Origin: Klebsiella phage vB_KpnM_KB57
DNA length: 64,000 nucleotides
Sequence record: NC_028659.1
Reading direction: 5' to 3' (one strand)
Below the pieces are notes generated by a model. The model saw only the letters and a program-made list of their open reading frames with translations, was not told where the DNA came from and did no database searches. This document shows, one piece after another, positions 36,217 to 45,599 of this stretch (its first letter is position 1; every line of letters begins with the position of its first letter). A program made the translations under genes and the position numbers.

Positions 36217-36498
36217 ATGAAATTCTACATTTATCACCGCCCTATGCATACCATCAAATTCAAAGAGTACATGGGTGACCTGATCCATGTTTCTTGTGAA
36301 GAGAAGGATTTTAGCCCGGATGGGGAACAATGGAAAATTAAACGTTGCAATCGTCCTGAGGCTGTGTATAATCGATTGAACAAAATGCTAGCTTCTGGCG
36401 GCGTCCCTTCAGATGGTATTTACCCATTGTCTGACAAACGCTCGCTTAAGGATCTACTTTCTTATATGAACTCTTGGGAGAAATACAATGACCAATAA
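36217..36498 (+). CDS. Hypothetical protein (93 aa)
   Basis: Start at the Met preceded by GAGGAG. Confidence 0.5.
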   Translation: MKFYIYHRPMHTIKFKEYMGDLIHVSCEEKDFSPDGEQWKIKRCNRPEAVYNRLNKMLASGGVPSDGIYPLSDKRSLKDLLSYMNSWEKYNDQ

Positions 36499-36796
36499 AA
36501 CTTATACCGTTATTAAAGACCTGTGTAATGAAACTGTGGGAACACCATCTACTGTTGGACAAAGGGTAACAACAGTCGTAGCAATCCCTGCCGGGACAGA
36601 AGTGGCTGTGTATTCCGATGATACGTTGTGCGGGACCTCACGCACTCTTCGGGATGTTTACTTAACCACGGGAGGAGGATCAAGAACTTCAAGATTCGGT
36701 CAGATTGTTGATCGTACCTTTGTTGTCCGTATTGGCAATGACATGTACGAAGGTAATGATGTATATTCAGCAGAAGAGCTGGGGATTACTGAATGA
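36488..36796 (+). CDS. Hypothetical protein (102 aa)
   Basis: ORF. Confidence 0.45.
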   Translation: MTNKTYTVIKDLCNETVGTPSTVGQRVTTVVAIPAGTEVAVYSDDTLCGTSRTLRDVYLTTGGGSRTSRFGQIVDRTFVVRIGNDMYEGNDVYSAEELGITE

Positions 36797-37077
36797 ATCT
36801 TTACGCAAAGCTTACTAACCCGAATGCGGGTTGGCCTTATGATGAGAAACGAGCAAAAGAGTTTTTGAAAACTCATGATGAGGAAGAAATTCTCTCGGTG
36901 CTTGAAGTCGCTATTGGTCGTAGCAGCACAGCCATAACTCTTAATGAGCATGGAAACGGCTGGAACAGTGTTCAGTTTACATTTTTCGTTGAGGGTGAAA
37001 ATGGTCTTGAAGAGTACGATATCTTCATGAATAGAAACAATCTTCCCCAAATTTATAAAACTTACGTGATGTGGTGA
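36793..37077 (+). CDS. Hypothetical protein (94 aa)
   Basis: ATGA overlap. Confidence 0.45.
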   Translation: MNLYAKLTNPNAGWPYDEKRAKEFLKTHDEEEILSVLEVAIGRSSTAITLNEHGNGWNSVQFTFFVEGENGLEEYDIFMNRNNLPQIYKTYVMW

Positions 37078-37081
37078 GACT

Positions 37082-37348
37082 ATGAAAGTAACTGCATTTG
37101 TGAAATATGATCTGTATCCGTATTACACTGTTGTTTTGGGTGATCTGCAAGAGAATTTTGATGTGAAAACGGCATCTGGCACATACAGTCACGAAAAGGT
37201 CCTCCATGTGAGGCCGTCACATGAGATAGATGGTCATAGGAATACCCTTATTTCCATTAAAAAAGACCACGATCTTCTTTTACGGAAATTAAAGGTTGAC
37301 TTGTTGAAGAAGAACGGTATACACTTCATCAACACAGACAATTTCTAA
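37082..37348 (+). CDS. Hypothetical protein (88 aa)
   Basis: ORF. Confidence 0.45.
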   Translation: MKVTAFVKYDLYPYYTVVLGDLQENFDVKTASGTYSHEKVLHVRPSHEIDGHRNTLISIKKDHDLLLRKLKVDLLKKNGIHFINTDNF

Positions 37349-37357
37349 GGAGAAAAG

Positions 37358-38605
37358 ATGAAAGTATATCTGGTAGGTGGCGCTGTTCGTGATGGTCTGC
37401 TGGGTCGTCCAGTTCATGACCGTGATTACGTGGTTGTGGGTGCAACACACGAAGAGATGATTGAAAAAGGTTTCACCCAGGTTGGCGCTGCTTTCCCGGT
37501 GTACTTGCATCCTGAAACCAAAGAAGAATACGCACTGGCCCGTACTGAGCGTAAAACTGGTGAAGGCCATACTGGCTTTGAGACCTTCTTCAGCCCGGAT
37601 GTAACTCTGGAAGAGGATTTATCGCGTCGTGACCTGACGATCAATGCGATGGCTAAAGACATGGAGACAGGATTTATCATTGACCCGTTCAATGGTATGC
37701 ATGACCTGTCGAATATGATTCTTCGTCATACTACGTCGGCGTTCATGGATGACCCTCTGCGTATTCTGCGTCTTTTCCGTCTTAAGTCGCAGTTGGGTGA
37801 GAGTTGGTCTGTTGACCATAAAACATACACACTTATGTTTAATAATCGTCACCGTCTTGCGGAGATTAGCCCTGAGCGGAAATGGAAAGAAATGGAAAAG
37901 GCCTTAAATTCCAAAAACTTCCATAATTACGCCTACCACATGTCGATTATGGGCGAACTTCCAGAACTGGATGCCCTACGTGGAGTAGAGCAGCCACCAG
38001 AACATCACCCTGAGGGAGACGCTTTCATTCATACGTTGATGTGTCTGCAACAGGCCGATAAAACCTTTTGCTCTCCTCAGGTGAAATTTGCGGTGCTGTG
38101 TCATGACTTTGGAAAGGCGATCACTTTCCGTAAGTACGGTAATCTTCTCGGTCATGAAGAGGCGGGTCTTGACCCTGTGCGGACGCTGTGCAGTCGAATT
38201 CGAGTTCCTAACGAATTCAGGGATATTGCACTGTACGTGACAGAGCACCATACTCGTGTGCATTGCATTTTGGGCCGTGGGAATAATAAAGGAATCAAGC
38301 CCCGTTCCATGATGAAGCTTTTCGAGGCCGCAGGTAACGTGGCTAGTCAGAAGACACAGGATAAGGTGTTTTCCTTAGCAGACGCCTGTTTCTGCGATGC
38401 CCGTGGTCGTGGTGCCGCCCACGCAGACAAGGAATACCCTCAAGGAAAAATTCTCCTTGATGCTTTCGAGGCAGTTGTAAATATGGACAGCAAGGCGGTA
38501 TCTTCCGCAATGCTGGAGAAAGGCAAAAGCGGTAAGGAGATCGGTGAGGCGATCCGTGTTGCACGTATCGATGCAATCCGTAATGTTCTTAAGGAGAGAT
38601 CATGA
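37358..38605 (+). CDS. cca: tRNA nucleotidyltransferase (CCA-adding enzyme, class II with HD domain)
   Basis: N-terminal MKVYLVGGAVRDGLLGRPVHDRDYVVVGAT is the canonical class II CCA head motif. HD-domain HHPEGD further on. 415 aa. Confidence 0.85.
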   Translation: MKVYLVGGAVRDGLLGRPVHDRDYVVVGATHEEMIEKGFTQVGAAFPVYLHPETKEEYALARTERKTGEGHTGFETFFSPDVTLEEDLSRRDLTINAMAKDMETGFIIDPFNGMHDLSNMILRHTTSAFMDDPLRILRLFRLKSQLGESWSVDHKTYTLMFNNRHRLAEISPERKWKEMEKALNSKNFHNYAYHMSIMGELPELDALRGVEQPPEHHPEGDAFIHTLMCLQQADKTFCSPQVKFAVLCHDFGKAITFRKYGNLLGHEEAGLDPVRTLCSRIRVPNEFRDIALYVTEHHTRVHCILGRGNNKGIKPRSMMKLFEAAGNVASQKTQDKVFSLADACFCDARGRGAAHADKEYPQGKILLDAFEAVVNMDSKAVSSAMLEKGKSGKEIGEAIRVARIDAIRNVLKERS

Positions 38606-39060
38606 AACTTGTAAGTCACGAAGACTTTAACCTGTGGTGGATAAGACGCTCTCCAAAGAATACTATAGACGCGAAGGCAGAGTATGCTCGACTTGTGGCG
38701 AGATGTGATTACCCGGCTTGGGAATTCCTTAAGTTCTTGGAAAAAGAGGCGAGCAACTTTAGGACCAGAAATGAAGGGAAAAGGAAATTTCTTGTGTGGA
38801 AAAATGGAGAGCTTCCTTTCCGCATAGAGAAGGTGGAAATCTTCGATATAACTGAGTATGGGACTGATCACGCAATCAGCTTCAAAGGAATTTCTTGGGC
38901 TACTCTGTTTGAGAGAACGCTGCTCAACCATGCGTTAGCAAGACTTTTCAACCTGGCAGACAGGCTCACGGAAAAAGATGAAAAACTGCTTGAACTTGAG
39001 TCTTTCAAACAGACCAGGAATGAACTTGGGAATTGGCTGGAGGAGCAGAATAATGCCTAA
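38602..39060 (+). CDS. Hypothetical protein (152 aa)
   Basis: ATGA overlap with cca. Confidence 0.45.
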   Translation: MKLVSHEDFNLWWIRRSPKNTIDAKAEYARLVARCDYPAWEFLKFLEKEASNFRTRNEGKRKFLVWKNGELPFRIEKVEIFDITEYGTDHAISFKGISWATLFERTLLNHALARLFNLADRLTEKDEKLLELESFKQTRNELGNWLEEQNNA

Positions 39061-39262
39061 GGACAAAGAAGAGTACACCTACGAGAAACATCATTTCTTT
39101 CTGGACAAACATGCAGGGAAGCAAGTTTGTGCATGGTGCGGTTTAGTAGTCCTGCGTAACAAGGCCACAGACTGGTGTATCGAAAAAGGTTGTAATTATC
39201 GCTTGCATCCAAGCTACAAGGGTGCTATGTTTAAATACACAGAGTTCTTCAAAAAAGGATAG
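39053..39262 (+). CDS. Small Cys-containing protein (69 aa)
   Basis: Start at the Met preceded by GGAGG. CAWCG...C..KGC. Confidence 0.4.
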   Translation: MPKDKEEYTYEKHHFFLDKHAGKQVCAWCGLVVLRNKATDWCIEKGCNYRLHPSYKGAMFKYTEFFKKG

Positions 39263-39266
39263 AAAA

Positions 39267-39578
39267 ATGAATTATATCGACGATGTTGTACTTCCTGTAT
39301 GGAGATTTATCTTTAATAACGCATTCTTGCTTATGTTCGTGTTCAGCCTCCTGGCTGGGCTGGGGATTGGTATCAGTTACCGGGCAGAAGATGATACTAT
39401 CTGGTACAAGTATGGCCTGCCAGCTTGCCTTGCGGTTATGTGTGGATTATTCCTTCCAGTAATTATTGCAATAGGTGTGCTACTGCTCCCTATTCTTGTG
39501 CTTGCTGCGGGGGTTGCTATCTTGGCATTAGGGGCATTCCTTCTTGGTAAGTTTTTGAAAGAAAGGAAAGAAAAATGA
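39267..39578 (+). CDS. Membrane protein (103 aa, 3 TM)
   Basis: Hydrophobic helices. Confidence 0.45.
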   Translation: MNYIDDVVLPVWRFIFNNAFLLMFVFSLLAGLGIGISYRAEDDTIWYKYGLPACLAVMCGLFLPVIIAIGVLLLPILVLAAGVAILALGAFLLGKFLKERKEK

Positions 39579-39790
39579 TTTTTGCCATTATTTATATTGT
39601 TCTCGGTATCATCACAGCAGTGGCGATAATTTATCACATCCTTCGTGAACAAGATTTACTGAGGGTCGAAGATATTTTAATTTCCCTGATCTGTGGTGTT
39701 TTTTGGTGGTTAGCTATTTTATGCGCTATTTGTGGTTGGGTAGGGAAGCATCTGAATAGCAGGACAGTTGTGTATAGGAGAAAGAAATAA
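39575..39790 (+). CDS. Membrane protein (71 aa, 2 TM)
   Basis: ATGA overlap. Hydrophobic. Confidence 0.45.
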   Translation: MIFAIIYIVLGIITAVAIIYHILREQDLLRVEDILISLICGVFWWLAILCAICGWVGKHLNSRTVVYRRKK

Positions 39791-40281
39791 TGAAGACACG
39801 CATGTATTGCGTAGTAAATCAGTATATTGCAGGTATCCATGCCGGAATTCAGTCTGCTCATGCCATGACAGAAGTGTTCTTAGACTACCCACAGCGTAGG
39901 AACAAGGCCAGCAACCTTCTGTGGGACTGGGCGGATAGCGATAAGACGATGATCGTCCTTAATGGTGGTTACCAGTCAAACTTACAGGACCTTTGCTCAA
40001 AATTGAGTATTCTCAGCGGCACTTACCCGTGGGCCTTTTTCTGTGAAGAACACGATGCTCTCAACGGAGCAATGACAGCAGTTGCTGTTGTGCTGCCGGA
40101 GTATATGTACAACCCACAATACATGGAAGTTACGGATCTCGTATACCGACCAGGCCAACTCGTGGGGCCGCAGATTGCTAACCAGTACCGTGACGAGCTG
40201 GGTAATGTGATCCACAACTACACCCAGACAGAGAAAGACCTGATCACCATGATCAAATCTTTCCGCCTGAAAGGAGAATAG
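39790..40281 (+). CDS. Hypothetical protein (163 aa)
   Basis: ORF. Confidence 0.45.
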   Translation: MKTRMYCVVNQYIAGIHAGIQSAHAMTEVFLDYPQRRNKASNLLWDWADSDKTMIVLNGGYQSNLQDLCSKLSILSGTYPWAFFCEEHDALNGAMTAVAVVLPEYMYNPQYMEVTDLVYRPGQLVGPQIANQYRDELGNVIHNYTQTEKDLITMIKSFRLKGE

Positions 40282-40282
40282 C

Positions 40283-40657
40283 ATGAACGATGTCCGTGGC
40301 GACACACTTAAGGTAGGTGACTCTGTTTACATCTATTTCGGGTACAATGAGCTGAAGCCTGGCATTGTAAAAGAGATCCGTGGTAAGATGGCTAAGGTAT
40401 TGGTTGATGCATACCCAAACCGGGAAGATGATGAAGACCGATATTCTTTGTCTAAGTGGAAACCTGGTATCTGCATGATCAAGGCGGAAGAGCCTACTGG
40501 TTATTATCCAGATGAGGTGATCCTTCTGCTTGAAGAGATCCGCCGTCTGCGTGACGAAGCTCCGATGAATAAAGATGGTCTGCCCACAAAGCAACTGTGT
40601 CAGGGCCTCCTGAACTTTTGGGATATGAAACGCCCGATGAAACTGGTAACCTCCTAA
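40283..40657 (+). CDS. Hypothetical protein (124 aa)
   Basis: ORF. Confidence 0.45.
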   Translation: MNDVRGDTLKVGDSVYIYFGYNELKPGIVKEIRGKMAKVLVDAYPNREDDEDRYSLSKWKPGICMIKAEEPTGYYPDEVILLLEEIRRLRDEAPMNKDGLPTKQLCQGLLNFWDMKRPMKLVTS

Positions 40658-40663
40658 GGAGAG

Positions 40664-41737
40664 ATGATGGAAAATTTCGAAGTGATGCGATGCCACTCAG
40701 GAAGTTTGGCTTATGGCACAAATCTGCCAACTAGTGATGTGGATATCCGGGGTCTGTTCTGCGCCCCTCCTAAATTCATTCGCACACCGTTCTTTAACAT
40801 TAAAGAGCAAACACTGGAAGACGAAGAGGATGGAAAGATTTATGAGCTGACAAACTTCATGAAGTTGTTTGCTGAGATGAATCCTAACATTATCGAGCTG
40901 ATGTTTGTCGATGATGTGGATATCCTGCAAACCTCCGAAGTTTATGAATACCTACGCACAATGGCTCCGGCGCTGCTGACAAGTAAGGTCGCATTTTCCT
41001 TCTCTGGCTATGCGATGGCACAGCTTAAGCGTATTCGCGGTCATGATAAGTGGATCAGCAATCCTCAGCCAGAGGCAAAGCCTACGCAAAAGGAGTTCTT
41101 CCGCTTAGTTCACAACTATAGTGAGAACGAGTTCCTTGCTGGGGCAATTAAACATGATCGTTTCATGGAAGCAATGAACAATCTCAACGATATGTGTATC
41201 CTTGTGCCTTATGGGAATGATATCTACGGGGTGATGGAAAACTTCAGCAGCTCAGGGATGTTCAATGCTGACGGTTCAATTCGCCATGTTGACTATCAGC
41301 AACTTTCTGACTCCGACAAGCGGAGAAAACCTGTCTTTATTGTCAAATATTTGGCAGAGGAACACAAACAGGCCAAAGAGAAGCATCGTAACTATTGGAC
41401 ATGGAAACAGAACCGAAATGAAGTTCGTCACCAACTCGAAGTTGATTTTGGTTATGACACGAAACATGCGATGCACCTTGTACGCCTGATGCGTATGGCA
41501 GAAGAGATTCTTTCTGATGGGAAGGTCCTCGTGAAGCGTCCTGATGCTCAGGAACTTCTCGATATCCGGGCGGGTAAGTGGACGCTTGATGAGCTACTCT
41601 CATGGGCTGATGAGAAGGATCGCTATATCCGTGAGGATTTGTACAAAAAGACACAGCTTCCTAAAATGGCGGATCTCGACCTGTTTGCTAGGGTTCTCAT
41701 GACGGCTCAGGATATGTGTTGGAGTAAACTGGTATGA
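40664..41737 (+). CDS. Pol-beta-superfamily nucleotidyltransferase-fold protein (357 aa) of unknown specificity
   Basis: N-terminal GSLAYGTNLPTSDVDI = minimal NTase signature [GS]-x9-13-DxD. Long helical C-terminal domain. Confidence 0.5.
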   Translation: MMENFEVMRCHSGSLAYGTNLPTSDVDIRGLFCAPPKFIRTPFFNIKEQTLEDEEDGKIYELTNFMKLFAEMNPNIIELMFVDDVDILQTSEVYEYLRTMAPALLTSKVAFSFSGYAMAQLKRIRGHDKWISNPQPEAKPTQKEFFRLVHNYSENEFLAGAIKHDRFMEAMNNLNDMCILVPYGNDIYGVMENFSSSGMFNADGSIRHVDYQQLSDSDKRRKPVFIVKYLAEEHKQAKEKHRNYWTWKQNRNEVRHQLEVDFGYDTKHAMHLVRLMRMAEEILSDGKVLVKRPDAQELLDIRAGKWTLDELLSWADEKDRYIREDLYKKTQLPKMADLDLFARVLMTAQDMCWSKLV

Positions 41738-41946
41738 TTGAAGCGCTGGTAGGAATATTTGGTGTTGCATATTCAATCATAGCCGTGGTATACTCAATCA
41801 GTATGGAAAAGGACACAGTCCTGAAGCAAATCTATAAGGCCAAGACGGATCGGGATTGGTCTGAAATTTGTTTTGCCATCGGTTTTGCATGGCCCTTCGG
41901 GGCCTTAATCCACTATGTTATGAGGAGAAGAAATGCGACAGCTTGA
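41734..41946 (+). CDS. Small membrane protein (70 aa)
   Basis: ATGA overlap. Confidence 0.4.
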   Translation: MIEALVGIFGVAYSIIAVVYSISMEKDTVLKQIYKAKTDRDWSEICFAIGFAWPFGALIHYVMRRRNATA

Positions 41947-42108
41947 GTTTATGGGTAGAATGGTAGAACTGATTTCCGAATGGCAATCAGAATATAAAAT
42001 GCACAGGAATCTCTCCGAAGAGCCTGAGAACTGGCCCGACACCAGAGATCAGGAAGATTGGTTGGAGGATTTCTTTGTTTGGCTACAATGTAAGGGGTAT
42101 ACAGTATG
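41932..42108 (+). CDS. Small hypothetical protein (~58 aa)
   Basis: Overlapping coupling. Not in the supplied track. Confidence 0.3.
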
Positions 42109-42336
42109 AGTTATGGTCTTCTCACTCCAGAACAGGCAAAGATTATGAGAGAAAGATACTATGCCCAGCAAGGCATCGAGAAAGTTGTATGGCCTTCTTC
42201 CGGTGATACCGGAACTGTGAAGTGCTTGCATGACTCTTGTCCGAGTTGTGGTGGCACTGGTGTTAGAAAAGATGGCACGGGTTTATGCTTCCACGGCATC
42301 TCTTGTCCTTGTCCAAAGTGCAGTTTTAAGTGCTGA
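42106..42336 (+). CDS. Cys-rich zinc-finger protein (76 aa, DnaJ-type CxxCxGxG repeats)
   Basis: CPSCGGTG ... CPCPKC. Confidence 0.45.
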   Translation: MSYGLLTPEQAKIMRERYYAQQGIEKVVWPSSGDTGTVKCLHDSCPSCGGTGVRKDGTGLCFHGISCPCPKCSFKC

Positions 42337-42408
42337 ATCGTCCCTATCTTATATGATAACCCTGTTTTTCATGATAAAATGGATCTATCATTAAGATAGG
42401 AGGTTAGT

Positions 42409-42888
42409 ATGTTTCAAAAGATTGTACGTGAACACCCTATCCTTCGAGAGCACTGGCATACTCTGCTGGAAAAGGGTTTTATAGAAAACTCAAAAGGTTG
42501 CATCGCTCTCGTAAGGGAGCCTGTGACAGAAGAACGAGTTCTCGTCATAAGGGATGCCAAAAACGGCATCCTTTTTTCTATCAAAGTTGGTAGTCTGGAC
42601 GTCACTAGGGGTTCAAATACCATAAGACCAACAACTTACACTTTTCGTGTTGGAGACATGGGGAAGCTAGATCCAGAACATCTGGAAGAGGCCTTTGATA
42701 GTTATGAAGGGTTCGAAGCCTCTATTCGTGATCTCTATAGATCGTTGGATAGGATTATCAGTGAACACAAGAAAACGCTAGGTGTAAAATACCGAGTAAA
42801 AGACTGGTTCAGAAATTCCAATAACCGCTGGTTTCTTCTGGCGGCAGTTCTCTACGGCCTGTTAACGGTATTTCTGACCTTGCATTAA
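42409..42888 (+). CDS. Hypothetical protein with C-terminal TM helix (159 aa)
   Basis: RBS AGGAGG. Confidence 0.45.
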   Translation: MFQKIVREHPILREHWHTLLEKGFIENSKGCIALVREPVTEERVLVIRDAKNGILFSIKVGSLDVTRGSNTIRPTTYTFRVGDMGKLDPEHLEEAFDSYEGFEASIRDLYRSLDRIISEHKKTLGVKYRVKDWFRNSNNRWFLLAAVLYGLLTVFLTLH

Positions 42889-42900
42889 GAGGAGATTCTT

Positions 42901-43275
42901 ATGAGAGATCGTCAGGAGTATTATCGTCAGTATGCCGCCCGTCGTCGTGAGATTGACCGTCAACGTCGTTCCACACCGGAAGGTAAAGCAGAACAACTTC
43001 GTATCCGTCTTGCTCGTATTGAAGCAGAGAAACGTGCCACCCTTCATAGTGAGTGGGATGAGTTTGTTAGGGATGAGGCTGATCACTTGTGCTCTGTTCG
43101 TTGTGAAGATACCGGTATTAAGTGGGAACCAGACCATATGTTTCCGCTAAGGGCAACCAAAGTATCCGGCCTTAACTGTGGTGATAATATCCAGGTGATA
43201 CCTGCGACTCTCAACAGGAAGAAGAAAAACCGTATGATTTATACCGAAAGGAATGAATGGTTGAAAGATGTATAG
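42901..43275 (+). CDS. HNH endonuclease-like protein (124 aa)
   Basis: EPDHMFPLRATKVSGLNCGDNIQVIPATLNRKK approximates the HNH DH..P...GG.N...N.Q..C..CN.K pattern. Confidence 0.45.
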   Translation: MRDRQEYYRQYAARRREIDRQRRSTPEGKAEQLRIRLARIEAEKRATLHSEWDEFVRDEADHLCSVRCEDTGIKWEPDHMFPLRATKVSGLNCGDNIQVIPATLNRKKKNRMIYTERNEWLKDV

Positions 43276-43278
43276 AAG

Positions 43279-43305
43279 AAACCCGGCGATTGCCGGGTTT
43301 TTTAT
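43279..43305. terminator. Bidirectional rho-independent terminator AACCCGGCgattGCCGGGTT + T run, at a convergent gene junction
   Basis: 8-bp perfect stem. The plus-strand operon ends and minus-strand genes converge here. Confidence 0.7.
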
Positions 43306-43598
43306 TGACCTTTTGATAGCCTTTCTATCACGAGATGATCTGAATCATCGAGGTGCATCAGGTGATCAACCCGGATATCATGCAGATATGGAAGTCCATC
43401 AACGTGGCAAAGAAACCAAGATTCGTTACGAGGGTAATACCCATTTACGCCAAGGACGGTCTTCTCCAGCACAAGACAACGTTTTCCGTTAAGGATATTA
43501 TCCTCAGAGAATCCATACAACAGGCAGATTGAATCAACACAAACCTTATGGTCTGGCTCATTACGATCAGGCATACCACTATCTTCTAATTTCAGCAT
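43302..43598 (-). CDS. Hypothetical protein (98 aa)
   Basis: ORF. Confidence 0.45.
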   Translation of the reverse strand: MLKLEDSGMPDRNEPDHKVCVDSICLLYGFSEDNILNGKRCLVLEKTVLGVNGYYPRNESWFLCHVDGLPYLHDIRVDHLMHLDDSDHLVIERLSKGQ

Positions 43599-43831
43599 TT
43601 TTTATCTCCAAAGTTAAGTTCACCATTTAGCTTTTGTACACGGTGCGGGAGAATCTCCTCGTACCACCAATCCTTCTCGTGAAGACGATAAGACACATAG
43701 ACCTCTACGGTATCCTCGTCCTTGCGGACAGTCCGGGTAAAGATATCCCGAATGGTTGCTTCGAATTGACCGTCAACAAGGACGACTTCGTAAATTTTGT
43801 ACTTATCTTGTTCAAGAACTTGTTCTGACAT
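43592..43831 (-). CDS. Hypothetical protein (79 aa)
   Basis: Overlap coupling with the upstream gene. Confidence 0.45.
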   Translation of the reverse strand: MSEQVLEQDKYKIYEVVLVDGQFEATIRDIFTRTVRKDEDTVEVYVSYRLHEKDWWYEEILPHRVQKLNGELNFGDKKC

Positions 43832-43839
43832 TTTATCCC

Positions 43840-45486
43840 CTATTTGATTCTTTTTCCACCATGTTTTTCATAAATGGCGATGACTTTTTCTAAGTCTAGC
43901 ACAGAAACGGTCTCTGTCCAACCATCTTTCATCTCACGAGCAGAAAGAACACCTGTTTTCAGAGTTTGTTTACACTCTTCTTCTGCCAGCCTACATATAT
44001 GTACAGAGGAAAACTCCCAAACACCTAAATTCTCACAATGGAATATACTTTTTAAATTCTGCTGCTTTATTCGCACCCTGTAGTCTTTGGCTATACCGAT
44101 CTTTAATGCTACAGCCGAATCTGAATCAAAAACAATATTCACATAGGCTTGAGTTTGAATTTGTCCAGCGCACATTTTACAGCCTCGGCCTCTAATATGG
44201 CTCTCAGCCAACTGTTCAAAAACACCATGAGTCTTGCAAATTATTTTAACCTTCTTTCTTGCGGTTTTGTAATCCACAAGGCTGTAGTCGTATGTCTCTC
44301 CGTGAACAGTCTTAGCCTCTTGGATAAATTTAATGACCCCCTTATTTGTGTTCCGTACCCCACATCTAGGGCAACCAGCCCCCTGGCGGACTGAAGAATA
44401 CTTGGTTGTGAAAACACCATGAATACTGCAACGCTGCATCACGACTGCATCCACCCAAGATTTGGTGTCTTTAGACACTGATATAAAATCCAGATGGTGT
44501 TTCAGTGCATTGGCACGACACCTGTCTTCTACTTGGCTTTGCTTAAACCTTAAAAATCCAGATGTGTGAGAATCAGCACATTTAGGACAACCGTGTTTTG
44601 CCTTTTTAATTTGTTGGATCTGTGTCTCAAAGAACCCATGCAACTTACATTCCAAAGTGACTGGCGTTTTTGCACCATTAAAATCCCCCGTCGCAACCAG
44701 TCTGAACGCCAAACCCTTCTTTTTTAGAATGTTTTTTACAACGAACGCCACATCTTCGGTTTTTTTGTATTTTTTGGTAACACATCTGCAAGGCATCTTA
44801 CCAGCCTTTAAATTATCCCTTGAGGATGTGAAAATCCCAGAGCATAAACCACTTGAGACAAACTCATCTTCACTGCATACCGGGCATCTATAAGACCACA
44901 TATCCTTTTTCCCTAGAGATCTCCCAAATATGGTTCCCTCTTTAAACATCCCTGTATTGTAAAAATCCGAAATGTGGTCTTCATCTTTCTGGAATTTACT
45001 CCTAGATATATTTAATCCTTTACATGACGGGCACTTATAGCCTTTTTTTAGAAATTTAAACTCCTGTGTGAAAGATCCATGCAATGCACAACCCCTTTTG
45101 ACAAGCGTGTTCTGACCTAAAAATTCACCTTGAAGACCCTCGAAAGGATGCTCCGAATCTTTGCATAACCTTAAGGAGAGTGTTTTAACTCCTTGCTCTG
45201 TATAACGTGGGTTTTTTGAGCAATAGCAGGGGAGATAACCAAGTTGAAGAGATCTTTTTTCAGAGTAAAAAACACCATCCCCATGTAACTCAGGGTCCAT
45301 AGAACATGTGCTACAAGAAAGTATATAGCGCTGCCTATTCCTACCTTTAGAGCTAACCCAGATCAACCCTACAACCTTCAACACCCCACCCTTCGGTGTC
45401 TCGAATGTTGGTCTTGTCAAACTCCATTCATCCTGTTCAAGGTCTTCTGCACAAGTAACACCAAAATCACTGTAGTTCAAAATCAA
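43840..45486 (-). CDS. Multi-zinc-ribbon repeat protein with C-terminal T5orf172 (GIY-YIG-like) domain. Putative homing-endonuclease-like or defence-related nuclease.
   Basis: At least five repeats of C-x2-HG-x-F-x12-15-G-C-(P)-x-C (e.g. CKLHGFFETQIQQIKKAKHGCPKC, CSIHGVFTTKYSSVRQGAGCPRCG). C-terminal AYVNIVFDSDSAVALKIGIAKDYRVRIKQ matches the T5orf172 KIGxT...R motif. Confidence 0.55.
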   Translation of the reverse strand: MILNYSDFGVTCAEDLEQDEWSLTRPTFETPKGGVLKVVGLIWVSSKGRNRQRYILSCSTCSMDPELHGDGVFYSEKRSLQLGYLPCYCSKNPRYTEQGVKTLSLRLCKDSEHPFEGLQGEFLGQNTLVKRGCALHGSFTQEFKFLKKGYKCPSCKGLNISRSKFQKDEDHISDFYNTGMFKEGTIFGRSLGKKDMWSYRCPVCSEDEFVSSGLCSGIFTSSRDNLKAGKMPCRCVTKKYKKTEDVAFVVKNILKKKGLAFRLVATGDFNGAKTPVTLECKLHGFFETQIQQIKKAKHGCPKCADSHTSGFLRFKQSQVEDRCRANALKHHLDFISVSKDTKSWVDAVVMQRCSIHGVFTTKYSSVRQGAGCPRCGVRNTNKGVIKFIQEAKTVHGETYDYSLVDYKTARKKVKIICKTHGVFEQLAESHIRGRGCKMCAGQIQTQAYVNIVFDSDSAVALKIGIAKDYRVRIKQQNLKSIFHCENLGVWEFSSVHICRLAEEECKQTLKTGVLSAREMKDGWTETVSVLDLEKVIAIYEKHGGKRIK

Positions 45487-45541
45487 TCTCCTCTAAAATC
45501 TATACGGAGAGTATAACAGTAAATTTAGTTGCGATCAACAG

Positions 45542-45571
45542 TTGACAGCGGCTATCTTCATGTCATAATGC
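45542..45571 (+). promoter_or_regulatory. sigma70-like promoter TTGACA-N16/17-CATAAT
   Basis: Precedes the RBS GGAGAA and the ATG at 45600. Confidence 0.45.
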
Positions 45572-45599
45572 CAGGATAAACAATTTCAGAGGAGAAATC

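Noticed and set aside
38440-38931. 163-aa minus-strand ORF spanning the cca 3' end
   Set aside because: Antisense to the CCA-enzyme gene and its downstream neighbour.
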